NCBI GenBank assembly: GCA_002104905.1
Contig: MCFE01000030.1
Location: 62,001-126,000 of the forward strand
DNA from: Basidiobolus meristosporus CBS 931.73
Taxonomy: Eukaryota; Fungi; Basidiobolomycota
Reading direction: 5' to 3'
Length of the DNA stretch: 64,000 bases
The stretch's first letter is position 1, and each line of letters starts with the position of its first letter. The notes under the pieces are model-generated. The model did no database searches. It was not told the origin of the DNA and saw nothing but the letters and a program-made list of their open reading frames with translations. This document shows, one piece after another, positions 47,201-61,400 of this stretch. A program made the translations under genes and the position numbers.

Positions 47201-50200
47201 AACACTGGCCATGAACCTTTTAAACTACCTATGCTGTCTGAGTGCTTCATGGCTGAGTGATTTGCTACAATAGCCAAATGGTCTTTTTTCTCTTCTCTTA
47301 TGGTGTTGAGTCAAAGTAGTCTTGTTCAAGGGGCAAACAGCTTGACCTTCAACAATGTAACACTATTATATCACTTTTTGGTCTATACTCAGGTGAGCTT
47401 AAGTCAGTATTGTATTTGAGACATTGCACCTACATGAATGTAAGACTCAATGATGAGCCGCCATAGAATGCATTATAAATAAAGTTGTGGCACCACATAC
47501 ACATGTATATGTAACACTATTTCCCCTTTGGTTTGACTCACTTCTATATATATGCCGCCAAAAAATAAAGCAAAGTTGTCTGGTTCCCAACCAAACCCCA
47601 CCACTGATGGCATCAGAAGAACAGTTGGACAACAGTATGCTTTGATATTAAGTTCAACAAGTGGGGCTACATCCAAAAAGGCCAAGTTGACAGTGTGCCC
47701 ACTGAAGGTAATAATGCAGACTCCTCAGGCTCTCAGTCAAGTAGGCAATTGAGAACCTCTACAGAGCCACAAGCTGACCATTATGCTCAGGCAGATGAGA
47801 ATGTAGCAAATGCAGCACCCTCAGTTGAAGACCAGCAAGTGGCCATAATAACATCACCACCACCCATATTAGCAAGTATGTTGTCTGCTCATACCAAAGC
47901 ACTAATGAAGCAATTAGGTGTAGTGACTGATAGGATAGATGCAATGCCCCAGGGAAATCAGGAAATAGTCCAGAAACACAATGAGCTGATAAAACATGTA
48001 GAGCAATCAATATCCCAGATTGCAAAAGCAGTATCTTTGCCGCAAAGAAGGAACTCAAGTAGCTCAGTGCACAACCAAGAATTGAGCCATTCCCCCATGT
48101 AACAGCAGATGAACACCATACAGTCTTTGAAGCACAACAGTGCCCAAAGATAAAGCCCACAGAAAAAACTATCACAGCATGGGAGGGAGATAATGTGCTG
48201 TTTATACCAAAGCCTAAGAGTCAAAAGACATTGAAGATTGGTGAAGCTGCTGGGTGCAATAATAAAGAGTGGGCAAATATTCAAGAGGCCATCAGAGATC
48301 TAGCGTGCCATCACCTTAAGGCCAGCATACCATGGGACCATTAGGAACTCAGGGCCAAGCAGAATGCACTTGACTTGTTCCATAAGCATTATACTGGATT
48401 CAAATGGGCAAGGAGATTTTGGGCCAACATTAGTATGCTAAGAAAGTATCTTAAGAATAGCAGAAGCCATCAAAGGCAGAAGAACAAGGCTGCCATGGCT
48501 AAAAACCAGTGGCTTCCTCAAGAGCCCATTACAAGCAGCACCAAAAGCTCCAGACAAGCATAAAAGAGATGTCAGGGAGCTGGAAGAGTGCCATTTAGGG
48601 ACAAGCAGGCATACATGGATGCACCAGCACAACAATTATCAAGGAAAAGGTGTAGTAAAATTCAAGAAGCACTCAGTCAATGTAGCAGTGAAGGACCGGG
48701 CAGTAATGAAAGCCAGTGGCTTTTACAGGAGCCCATCAAAACTACAGTTGAGAGCCTGAAGCAAGCATAAATGAAATGTCAGGTTGCCAGAAAAGTGCCA
48801 GCAAGGGACAAGTAGGCCAAAACAAAAGAGTCAGAGCAGAATTATCAAGGAGGAAATGTAGTTCATTACAAGAAGTACTCAGACAAAGTAGCAGTGAAAG
48901 ACCTGGCAGTGATAAAGGAACAGGTCAAGGGAAAACTAACTACTCAAGCCTGAGACAAGGAGACATGCAAAAAAACCTGTAGTTCTTGCCAATTGATGCT
49001 GCAAGCTTAGAACAGACTGAAGCCCTTCATAGCCAAGAAGAATTACCAACAAGAAAACAGCTGTTTTCACAAGATTCTATAAAAATTATTGAGATGATCC
49101 CATCAAAAGTCCATCACAAAGTTAAAGTCCCATGACTACAAAGTACTGATCTCATCAAGACACCATCCAGAGACCCTTGAAAAATAATTGCACCCCAGAT
49201 CTCACAAAAAACTTAGTCAAAACTTTCATCACTACAATGTATAAGTGGCTTTTGATTGGTTTGCTGCCAATTTGCTTATTTTCTGATCCCAGACACTCTG
49301 TTGCATCCTAGGTTTGTGTGCATTGATTGGCTATTGCCTCTTTTTCACACTGCTTACTTCCTGACTCAACCATTTCTCTTACTTTTCATGCATACAAATT
49401 GATTTATTTCTGTTGAAAATTCCATTGTACCTCAATTGCCAATTATGTTGACCCATACAAGTCCCTATACCCTACACTAACATTAATCCCAACCCCACAC
49501 TCAACAGGTAACTCCATTAAATTCCACCACTCAATAAATATTTCTGCTGTAATGTGCTGGTTCCATGACTTTGGCAGGAACCCAATGGCTTTATGCCACT
49601 GTTCATTCACTGGTTCCCACACATCCTGGTCTTCAGCTGGCACTGCAGGGTCTAGCACCTCATCTGCCAGTCTTTGAAATAAATCCCTGCAATATTTAAG
49701 TGCATTTTCTTGAGCACTGCTCTTGAAGAAGTGCTGCAACCTCTTGGTGTGCCTATTAATGTTCTAAAATGCTACTAAAGGTATTGTGATAGTCTTCTGA
49801 GCTCTTGAAATTGTAGCCTTGTCTGTCTGTGGGCTCTCTACTCTGTCAACAAGAGAGGATGTGGAGGCTGCGGTAGACAAATTGCCTTTTTCAGCAAACT
49901 CATCTACTCTGCTGGAATGTAGCTCCACTGGCTGCACTTCCCACTCTTGTGAAAACAGCTGTTTTCTTGTTGGTAATTCTTCTTGGCTATGATGGGACTC
50001 AGTCTGTTCCTGGCTTGTGGCAGTAATTGACAAGAACTTCAGTTTTTCTTGCATACCTCCCTGTCCTGGGCTTGAGTAGATATTTTTCCCTTTACCTTTC
50101 CCTTTATCATTACCAGGTCTTTCACTGCTACTTTGTCTGAGTGCTTCTTGAAAGAACGACATCTTCTCCTGGATAAATTTAGCTCTGGCGCATTTTTTTT

Positions 50201-53200
50201 GGCCTGCTTGTCCCTTGCTGGCACTCTTCTGGCAACCTGAAAATTCTTTTCCGCTTGTTTTGAGCTCTCAATCATAGTTGTGATGGGCTGCTGTAAAAGC
50301 GGCTGGTTTTTATCACTGCTAGGTCCTTCACTGCTACCTTGACTGGGTGCTTCTTAAGTGGTACTTTGCTTTTTCCTTGATAAATGTTGTGCTGGTGCAT
50401 CCATGTCTGCCTGCTTGTCCCTAAATGGCACTCATCCAGCTCCCTGACATCTCTTTTATGCTTGTCTGGAGCTTTTGGTGCTACTTGTAATGGGCTCTTG
50501 AGGTAGCTGCTGGTTTTTGGACATGGCACCCTTGTTCTTCTGCCTTTGATAGTTTCTGCTTTTCTTGAGATCCTTTTTAGCATACCAATGCTGGCCCAAG
50601 ATCTGTTTGCCTGTTTGAATCAAGGATAAGGCTCATGGAACAAGTCAAGTGCATTCTGCTTGGCCTTGGGTTCCTGATGGTCCCATGGTATGCCGGCCTT
50701 AAGGTGATGGTGTGCAAGACTTCTGATGGCCTCTTGTATATTAGCCCACTCTTTATTATTGCACCCAATGGCTTCACAGATTTTCAATGTCCTTTGATTT
50801 TTAAGGCTTTGGTATGAACACTAGGTTCTCTCCCTCCCATGCTGCAATGGTTTTCTGTGGGCTTTATCTTTTGGCACTGTTGTTGTGCTTCAAAGACTGT
50901 ACAGTGTTCCTCTGTTGTTACATTGGGGAATAGCTCAGTTCTTGGCTGAGACATTGAACTACTTGAGTTCCTTCTTTGCAGCAAAGATACTGCATTCTCT
51001 ACCTAGGGTATTGATTGCTCTACACATATTATTCACTCATCCTGTTTCAGGACTATTTCTTGATTTCTCTGGGCCATTGCATCTATCCTATCAGTCACTG
51101 CACATAGTTGCTTCATTAATGCTTTGGTATGAGCTGACAACATACTTGCTAATATGGGTGATGGTGATGTTATCTTGGCCACTTGCTGATCTTCAACTAA
51201 GGGAGCTGCGTTTGTTACATCTGCATCTGCCTGAGCATAACAGTCAGCATGTGGCCCCACAGAGGTTCTCAATTGCCTACTTGACTGAGAGCCTGAGGAA
51301 TCCACATTATTACCTTCAATGGGCACACTGTCTACAGGGCCACTTTTGGACATAGCCCTACTTGTGCACTGACTGTCAAAGCAAGCTGTTGTCCAACCGT
51401 TCTTCTGTTGCCATCAGTGGTGGGGTTTAGTTGAGAACCAGACAACTTTGCTTTAATATTGGCGGTATATATATGGAAGTGAGTCAAGCTAAAGGGGAAA
51501 TAGTGTTACATACACATGTGTATGTGGTGCTACAACTTTGTTTAAAATGTCTACTATGGTGGGTCATCATTGAATCTGACATTCATGTAGGTATGATGTC
51601 TCAAATACAAGACTGTCTTGAGTTCACATGAGCATTGACCAAAAAGTGATATAATTGCATTACATTGTTGAAGGTCAAGCTGTTTGCCCCATGGACAAGA
51701 CTACTTTGACTCAACACCATAAGTGAAGAGAAAAAAGACCATGTGGCTAGTGTGGCAAGTCTCTCAGCCATGAAGCACTCCAACAGCATAGGAAGTATTA
51801 CAAGGACCACGGCCAGTGTTTTGCCACCCAAGTCACATTTGACCATTCATTGGTCACTACTGTACCAACATTATCTTGCCAGCCAGTTGATATTTCTATA
51901 TTGGTACCTGGCCATCTTTGTCACCTTGCGCAAGCTGAGTCAGGTGAGTTTGTGACACCTTTAAGCTCACCTCAGCTTTCTGAATATTGCATCCAGAGTG
52001 ATAGCTCTGACAAAGATGGTCCACTAATGGATTTTGAGCCTATCTCCACTAATAGCAGTACTACATATGCGCCTGGTCAAATCCCTTTATGCAATCAGAC
52101 AACGCCTGTTGAAACAAATGCCAAGGATACTTTATGGAGCCAAGTGAGCCCAGTAATCCATCTACTGGTGAATGATGTATGTTGTGGCCAGAGAAGTGGC
52201 GTGTTTCCACTAATGTCAGTAATGGGGGCTTGGAGAATTTATTATTACTTCTTGCCAAAATCATACCAGGATGCAACTTACCATGTACATGGTACAAGTG
52301 GACAAGCATCATGCAGCTGGCAAAAAATGATCCAGAGACTGTCCTGATTCCAGCATATGTTAACAGTTGCATGACATTCACATCCAAAAATACTGCTACT
52401 GTAATGGGTCCAAATTGTCAGGAATCCACTACCATTGAGGGAAAACATTGTTTACACTCCAGATATATTCCGGTCATACCCCGTCTGAGGAAGCTAATGC
52501 AGTCCAACAAATATTGCAAAGCTATACAGTACTGCACTCAGTATCAGAGCAATAATCTGACAGTAGTCTCACAGGTATCTGGGCCCAAATTACTGTCCAG
52601 CCTGGATAGCTACCTGTATCCATTGCTGGATGAATTTTGTATGCTTACCAGCAGGATAACAGTTAATGGCCAGCATGTAAAAGCAGATATTATTGTCTGC
52701 ATTGGAGATACCTCAACAATCAGCAAGATAGCAGGTTTTTCTGGGCACAATGGATGGTATTGCTGTTGAATGTGTGAGATCCAGAGAATTTACTCCATAA
52801 CTCACACACATTATTATTACCCAAACAACAGCACTAAGAACTGTTGAAATATTAGAGAGATATATTGGAAGTGAATTGGAGAATTAGAAGATTTACATGA
52901 TATTCACTTGATGTTTTATTGAGTTGCAACACAGTATTTATACTTATTGCAGAACTACGTAAATGCAACTATTTGGTCATTATTAGGGGAGTCTCAGGAG
53001 TACATGTGCCAAGTTTTGGCTCATTTGGACAAGTTTCAGATTTTCCTAAAATTCTGTACTTCTCTAATTCCTAATAATTAGTAAATATCTTACGAACTAA
53101 TTTTCATGTTGATAATCTGAAATATATCATTTCACTAAGTGCTAGTTCATAATATATTAACAATTAGGTGGACTCCTAATTATTTCAACAAGAACATCAT

Positions 53201-55793
53201 CTTTCCACAGAGAGAACATAGAGAAGTCAGCATGCAATTGCGGCAAAGTTGGTAAGCTATTAGCTATTGGCTGGAATATGGAATCAACTGGAAACCAGAG
53301 ATACTTGATATAGAGGGTATCTGTGGAGCAAAGGCTTTCCACTGGGAGCAATGCATTTGATCTTCAACAATATTCCTATGCTCATGACCAAGTTGTAAAT
53401 GGGGCATTTCAAGCTATATGAGCCCTTTGAGATACCAGAGAAATTTGAAGCAATTGGCAAAATATTACAGAGCATCCACTTCCCTAAGTACTTCTCACAG
53501 GCTCCAATTAATATTCATATACATAAGCAGCAATACAAATGCAAAGACTGGATGAACTGGATATGTGTTTATTCAAGTGGCATTCTGAAGCCATTCCTAC
53601 CAAGAGTACATCGGAAGCATTAGGAGTCATATGTGGATATTATAGGAATATTTAATCAGAAGCGGATCACTGATGCCAACTTGAAGCATCTACAGCTGTT
53701 GTGTGAGGAGTTGTAACAGGATTTGAGCGGCTATACTACAAACATAAAGCTGAATGCATAGATCTCTGCTGCTGCTGTATCCATTCACTACATGATCTTG
53801 CACAGCATGTGGAGAATATTGGGCCTTGCTTCACCTTTTGGGAGTTTTCTATAGAGCAGATGTGTGGGGAGATAGGAAGACTAGTCAAGTTGCAGGTACT
53901 ACCATATCCCAATCTCATCAAGAATATTACCTTCAAGTCCATTATGAATGTGATGAGTTGAAAAATACAGAGGACAAATGTGCACATGGAGACACCTATG
54001 CCTATGGCATTAAGAAGCTAGCAGCCTATATGCATGGGTAATTTGTTAAATAATGCAAAGTTGGGTTGGGTGCAACAAGCAACTAATTTTTATTAGGAAA
54101 ACACTACCAAGATATGCTGGATTTCTCATGATCACAAGCCAACTTCTACACCATTCAATACGGAACTCACACAAACAAAAGCCAGAGAGCACCTATAAGG
54201 GGGACCAGAATCCAGCAGGGAGAAGGAATATATTGGCTGAATACCAAGAAGTTCTGTGCAGATATTCAGGAGGTATTCATGGCAGAAGTGGCAACATCCA
54301 AGCCTATGTTTGCAAGATGTATATGTTACCCACAGTACAAGGTACATGGCAACTTTGCAGGTATAACACTAAAAAGCCTTAAATTTGAGGTGATAGAAGT
54401 ATGTCAATTGTGGCAAGTGTGCACATTTGTAGAGGTTAGTAAGCAGGAGGCCATAGTTTTTTCTGATTTGAACTATATGTGTAATACCCAAGGCTATAGT
54501 GTGTAGCAAACAAAGAGGGATGGTTCTACAGTGAAATATATGAATTGCACAAGGGGAGGCAGAAAAGGAAATACCATTTGGTAAATTGGTACGGTAGCAT
54601 TAGACAGAACCAGCAGTAGGCCATCATACTGCCAATATAATGCCATCGGTCTTGCTGTGAGGCCATCAAATACCGTCAAGTTTCTTACCATATACAACAA
54701 TTGGATGTCCTGGTCAATTGGATCCACTTAAAACAGTTATAGCACACTAAAAGACTGCAATAATACCATGCAAATATTGTCACAGCATCAATTGAATCTT
54801 GTCAGGTTTTATCCCTCTATCTGGTTGTAAAATTAGCAAAACATCATCATGATCCCATCACAAGATTATTAGGAGGGTCACTAATTCCAAGCTGCTGGTA
54901 TTATGATGGTCTCTAAACAGGATCCTGATGGCTGACTGGGATTGGATTCACCTATGGGACCAAATTATTTTTTGCAGGGAAGAGTTGGAAGCACATGTAG
55001 TTGAGCTACACTCCAGCAAGGTAGGTGAGTTGGCAGAAAAAGGCAATTTGTGTACCACAGCTTCCACATCATCCATTGTTGACAGTTTGGAGATCCCTAT
55101 GACAGACAAGGCAACAATGTCAAGAACTCAAAAGACTATCACAATTTCTTTGGTGGAGTTTTGGAACATAAATAGGCACACCACAAGGTTGCAGCACCTC
55201 ATCATGAGCAGTGCTCAAGAAAACAAACTTGAATATAGCAAGGATTCATTGCAACAATTGGCAGATGAGGTGCTAGACCTTGCAGTGCCAGCTGAAGACC
55301 AGGACATTTGGGAACCTGTGGATGAACAGTGGCATAAAGCTGTTGGGTTCCCACCAAAGTTGTGGAACCAGAGTGTTACTGCAGAAACACTTATTGAGCG
55401 GTGGATTTTAATGCAGTTACTAGCTGAGTGTGGGGTTGGGCTTAATGTTAGTGTAGGGTATAGGGACTTGTATAGGTCAACACAAATGGCAATTGAGGTA
55501 CAACTGAAGTTTCAATGGAAATAAATCAATTTGTAGGCATGTAAAGTAAGAGAAATAGTTGAGTCAGGAAGTAAGCAGTGTGAAAAAGAGGCAATAACCA
55601 ATCAATGCACACAAATATAGGAGGTGTTAGAGTGTCTGGAATCAGAAAGTGACTAAGTCTTGTGGGAAATCTGGGTGCATGTACTTTTTGGTTGTCATTT
55701 CATGGTTTCCTGAGGGGATCAATACCTCTTTGTCATGGGACTTAGATCTTGTGATGGCCTTTTGTTGGGATCATCACAATTTTCCTCATAGAG
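44271..55793. mobile_element. Degenerate CMC/EnSpm (CACTA-like) element, copy 1: transposase on minus (~47200-44300), ORF2 on plus (47552-49074, resuming 54980-55524); contains nested copy 2
   Basis: Transposase fragments FALALDGFS, GPKPPSNLKSYLYPLLDEF, GDTPAISKIAGVSGHNG..CC.C, LLHLAQC…FWEFPMEQMCG are Transposase_21/EnSpm-type motifs. ORF2 starts MPPKNKAKLSGSQP. Confidence 0.75.
49075..54979. mobile_element. EnSpm-like copy 2 (5905 bp), inverted and nested in ORF2 of copy 1
   Basis: ORF2 on minus (~51480-49440), transposase on plus (~51850-54900). Ends TTCTATAAAAATT / (rc) CCCTGCAAAAAAT. AAGA on both flanks. Confidence 0.72.
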
Positions 55794-56150
55794 ATTATGA
55801 TAATTGGTTTATTTATTTGCAATCCTGGGTGCATCTTTATAGTCAAGCATTTCTGTGTAGAGTACATTTTCATAGCAGCTGAGCATTGATAGTATGTGTC
55901 TCCCTAGGAAGAATTATTTGATGATCCTGTCAAAAGGCCATCACCAAGTTTTAGTCCCATGACTAAGAGGTACTGAACCCATCAGGACACTGTCCAGAGA
56001 CCGTTGAAAAATAATTGCACCCCAGATTTCACAAAAACTTAGTCAAAACGTTTCATCACAACAATACATAAGTGGCTTTTGATTGGCTCTCTGACAATTT
56101 TCCCTCTTTCTGATTCTGGACAGTTTGTCACCACCTATGTTTGTGTGCAT

Positions 56151-57199
56151 TGATACCCACCCTGAGTATTCCTCACAAGTAGTGCCTCCAAGGTTGGTTG
56201 GCTATCAGTGTGGTTTCCTGAGATTGTTCTGTGGTCTGGGACTCAGAGCTCAGGTAACAGCAGGTAGAAGTGATCACACTAATTTACCAGTTGGTATATT
56301 GATAAAAGGAATGATGATTTGTTGTTGAGGGATTACCTGCCTTATGTACTTTTCTTGCTGGCCAAGTGATTACTAATCACAGTGTTCCAGTGATACAAGT
56401 CTTGGTATAAGAGTTGTAGAGGAATAGGGAGTTTGGTTAGTATTGTATTCACTAAAACTTAAACTGATTTTTATTGAGTTTCCAGCGGCTTCTTATATAC
56501 AACTTGCCAGATCAATTGCTGACTAATTGTAGTTCCTAATGTAGGTTGAGGCTGATGACACATTTGATTGCATTATCATCACCCATTAACATCCTACTTA
56601 ATATATCTATTTCTGTCTGATAAAGATCTGCTGATTCATTTGCTGACTAACGCTACTGATATGATATATAACATTGATATACAGATAGGCTAAACGTATA
56701 ACTAATTGATTTGACTATAAACTCATCTAACTTAAACATTGAAGCAGTGTATCATAACACCAGAAGGTTCTGGAGATCAATGGAAATCTTAATGACATCA
56801 TAATGACCTAAGAATATTGTAAGAATGTGCTGGAAGATTCTTAGAGGAAACAACAGATCCAACCAATCAGGAATAAATACTCTGAAGCCTGTGCAGCATA
56901 GGTATACCATACAAGATACAAAAATTGCTGGTATAATGACAGAGATTGGTGATGAATTATGGGTACTGGCGCAGTTACTTGCCCAATATAAAAGCATTTA
57001 CTGCTAGTAATCTTACATAAAGTGACGGATAAGTTATGCAATACAGTAAACAGGCGTGATAGTCAGCTGGCTTATGTGATACTACTGATCAAATAAGACA
57101 AATGGGATAAAACTAAAATTAGGGTAGTAGAGAAATAGGGAAGTAGAAAATATGGGAATGAACACATCTGTCAGTGAGTGTCACTATGACCCCACTACA
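56151..57199 (-). repeat. Reverse-complement copy of the 39621-40294 LTR-like repeat, carrying a 369-bp insertion
   Basis: Direct comparison of 56151-56390 and 56760-57199 with 39621-40294. Confidence 0.75.
56391..56759. repeat. Probable solo LTR (369 bp, TG…CA) with CCAG flanking duplication
   Basis: Absent from the 39.6-40.3 kb copy. Flanks are …ttCCAG|TGATAC…ATAACA|CCAGaagg. Confidence 0.55.
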
Positions 57200-58479
57200 C
57201 TGGCCTCAAAGGGATGTTGAGCTAAACTTCTCACAGCCTACTGAATATTAGCCCACTCTTCATCATTGCACTCAGCAGCTTTACAGATCTTCAGTGTCAT
57301 TTGATTTTTAAGCTTTAGTATAAACGCTAGGTTCTCTCCCTCCCATGCGGCAATGGTTCTCTGTGCACTTTATCTTTGGGCACCATTGTTTAGCTTCAAG
57401 GACTGTGCAGTGTTCCTTGGCTGTAACACTGGGAAATGGCTCATTTCATGGCTGTGACATTGAACTACTTGAGTTCCTTCTTTGCAGCAAGGATGCTGCT
57501 TTCTCTACCTGGGATATTGATTGCTCTGCACATACTATCCACTCATCCTGCTTTTAGACTATTCCCTGATTTCTCTGGGCTATTGTATCTATCCTATTGG
57601 CAACTGCACCTATTTACCTCATTAATGCTTTGGTATGAGCTGACAACATACTTGCTAATATGGGTGGTGATGATGTTATGACAGCCACTTGCTTGTCTTC
57701 AACTAAAGATACTGCTTATGCGGCATTCTTATATGCCTGAGAAATATGGTCAGCTTGTGGCTCCTCAGAGATTCTCATTTGCCTACTTTACTAAGAGCCT
57801 GAGGAGTCTACATTAATACCTACAGTGTGCACACTGTCAGCAGTGGGGCTTGATTGAGAACCAGATAGCATTGTGTTATTTCTTGGTGGCATATATATGG
57901 AAGTGGGTCAAACTAAAGGGGAAATAGTGTTACATATAAGGAGTTTGCATCATTACCTTCAGTGGGCACACTATCAACTCAACCTTTTTGGATGTAGCAC
58001 CACTTGTTGCACTGAATGTCAAAGCAAGCTGTTGTCCAAATGTTATTCTGTTGCCATCAGTGGTAGGGCTTGGTTGGGAACCAGACAACTTTGCTTTATT
58101 TTTTGGCGGCATATATAGAAGTGAGTCAAACCAAAGGGGAAATAGTGTTACTTATAAAGGTGTATGTGGTGCCACAACTTTATTCATAATGCTTACTACG
58201 GCTGCTCATCATTGAATCTTACTCCCATATGGGTCAATGTCTCAAATATAAGACTTTAATACTCATTTGGGAATTGACAATAAAAGTGATATAATAGTGT
58301 TGTGTAGTTGAGGGTCAATCTGTTGGGCCCTATGGATAAGACTACTTTGATTTAACACTGTAAGAGAAAAGGAAAAAGACCATGTGCCTATAGTAGCAGG
58401 CCTCTTAGCCACGGAGCATGCAGACAGCATAGGAAGAATTGCAAGAATCACAGTCAATATTTAGCCACACAAGTTATAC

Positions 58480-61400
58480 TCAACGCAAAATAATTTGGTC
58501 CTGCAGGTGGATCCAATCTATATCAGCCATCTGGATCTTGTTAGGAGACCATTATAATGCCAGCAGCATGGAATGAATTACCCTCTACCTAATCTTACAA
58601 CAGATCACAAAGGCATCTGATTATATTTACTGCCATATAAAGTTAAAAAATATGATAATGTTTGAATGGTGTTTTACCAGGGATTGCATAGCATTATAGC
58701 AGTTGTAATGAGCTCTACAGCCATATGAGTGGCTTTAACTGGCCAGTACATCCAATTGCCTTGTATGTCAAAAGCATGATGGTGCCTTGATGGCCTCAAT
58801 GCAAGCCTCCAATGGCATTATCATGGTAGTATGGTGGCCTATGGCTAATTCTGTATAATGCTACCAAATCAATTTACCAAATGGTATTTTCTTTTTCTAA
58901 CCCTCCTTGTACAACTTGTTTATTCCACATTAGAATTGCCTATCTTTGTTTGCTTACCTACTACTACCTTGGGTATTCTGTATATAGCTCAAATAAAAAA
59001 ACTATGGCCTCCTGCTAACTAACCTCAACAAATGCACACACCTGCCGCAATTAACACATTTCTATCACCCCAACTATATGGCTTTTCAGTGTGATACTAT
59101 CAAAGTTGCCATACACCTTATATTGCTGTTAACATATACATCTTGCAAACAAACACTTGGTTAGCACTAGTTCTGCCTTGAATACCTCCAAAATATTTGC
59201 AAACAACTTTTTTGTGTTTAGCAATATATTCTTTCTCCCTGCTGGATTCCAGTCTCCCTTATAGGTGCAATGTGACTTATGTTTGTGTAAATGCCATACT
59301 AAATGGTGCAGAAATTGGCTTGTGACCAAGAGAAACACAGCATACTTTGGTTGAATCTTCTTAATAACAAATATTTGCATGCTGTACTCAGCACAACTTT
59401 TCATCAATTAACCAATTACCCACACATTGGGGCTGCTTAGCTTCTTAATGCAATGGGCATAGGTGTCTCCAGGTGCTCATCTGTCTGCAGTATTCTCAAC
59501 TCCTCCTGCCTGTCCATCATATGCCAATGCATCACATCCATGAAGGACTTGAGTTTTATATTTTTGATGGGGCAGGGATATGGTAGTTCCTAAAATTTGA
59601 CTTGTCTTCTTATCTCACACACATCTGATCCATAGGATACTTTCAAAAGGTAAAGCAAGGCACAATACTCTCCACAAACTAATAAATTCAAGAGAGAGGT
59701 GTAAAAAAACACCTGAATGGTTGAACTGAACCCCAGTGACAACTAAGTGAAGAATCTTAGAGTTGTCAGAGAGTGGTGGAAATAATAGCAAAGAGGTTGA
59801 TTTGATCAAGTTGATTCAGTATGTTTCAATAGACTAAACTAATTGAAACCTGTTATGGTGTTGATAGATGCATAAGATAAAGAATAATTGCATTATTAAT
59901 GAGCTGATGTAATGGCAACTGCTAAGTTCCTGGATAGATCTCAGATGATTAATCATCTGAGCAGGCTTAGCAAATATATTGTTAATGTAATAACACATAA
60001 GAATTGATTGTATAGGACAGCTAATGATAAATTCTGAGAAGTGATAAAATAAACCAAAAATGGTATTGGTTATGTTCAGGTTAAGGAAAATCAGTCAGGG
60101 TACTAGATTTTCTAATGGAGTAAAACTGGCTAAGTTTTGAATGTTGGTACATAACACATACCAAGCAACATGGAGTAGAGAATGGATACAGGTAGTGTCA
60201 GAAATCCACAAATTCAGCTTTATGTTTGTAGTATAGCAGCCCAGGTGATGTTGTAAACTCCTTACACAAAAGGTGTAGATGCATCAAGTTGGCATTAGTG
60301 ATCTGCTTCTGGATAATTACTCTTACAATGTCCACCTTTAAATCCCAATGTTTTCAGTGTACTCTGGGTAGGAGTGGCTTCAGAAGGCTACTTGAATAAA
60401 CACATATCCAGCTCATCAAGTCCTTGCACTTGTATTATAGCATATGTGAATGGATGTTGATTGGAGTTCATGAGAAGTACTTAAGGTAGCTTAATTCTGT
60501 AATATCTTGCCAATTCTTTCAAATTTCTCTGATATCCCAAAGCGCTCATTTAGCTTGAAATGCCCCATGTACAACTTGATCATCAGTGTAGGGATAGTGT
60601 TGCAAAATAAATGCATTGCTGCCTGTTGAAAGCTCTTGCTTCAATAGATACCCTTTGTCTTAAGTATCTCTGGGTTCCAATCAATTCTATATTTTGGTCA
60701 ATGGCTTATAGCTTGCCAACTTTGATGCAATTGCAAGCCGACTACTGCATGTTCTCTCTGCAGAAAGATGGTGTTCTTAGTGTTGGTGCTTGGCTAATAA
60801 TAATGCTAGTGAGTTAAGGAGTAAGTCCCCTGGATCTCACAAATTAAGCAGCAATACCATCTATTGTGCCCAGATAGGCTGGCAATCTTGCTGATGGATG
60901 GGTTATCTCCAATGCAGGATATAATATGGGCTCTGACACATTGTCTCCCCATTAGTTTCACTCACTTCCTCATATATGGAGCCAAAAATTAAGTATAATT
61001 GTCTAGTTTCCAACTAAGCCCTACCACTGGCAGCAGCAGAAGAAAGGTTGGACAACAACTTGCTTTGATTTTCAGTGCAACAAGTAATACTACAACCAAA
61101 AAAGGCCCTGTGGATAGTGTGCCCACTAAAGGTAACAATGCGGACTCCTCATGCTCTCAGTAAAGTAGACAATTAGGAATCTCTGCAGTGCTGCAAGCTG
61201 ACCATTATGCTCAGGCAGATGAGAATGCAGCATAAGCAGTTTCTTTAGTTTAAGACAAGCAAGTGGCTGTCACAACATCATAACCACCTGTACTGGCAAG
61301 AATGTTGTCAGCTCTTGACAAAGCATTTGTGATGCATTTACATATAGTAGAAGATAGAATGGATACAATGGCCCAGATAAATCAGAAAGCAGTTCAGAGA

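Larger units (their letters stand above)
55903..58475 (-). mobile_element. EnSpm-like copy 3 (terminal region plus ORF2 part, internally deleted), interrupted by LTR-like repeat 56151-57199
   Basis: 55910-56150 matches 49080-49330. 57930-58112 encodes MPPKNKAKLSGSQPSPTTDG on minus. Confidence 0.65.
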
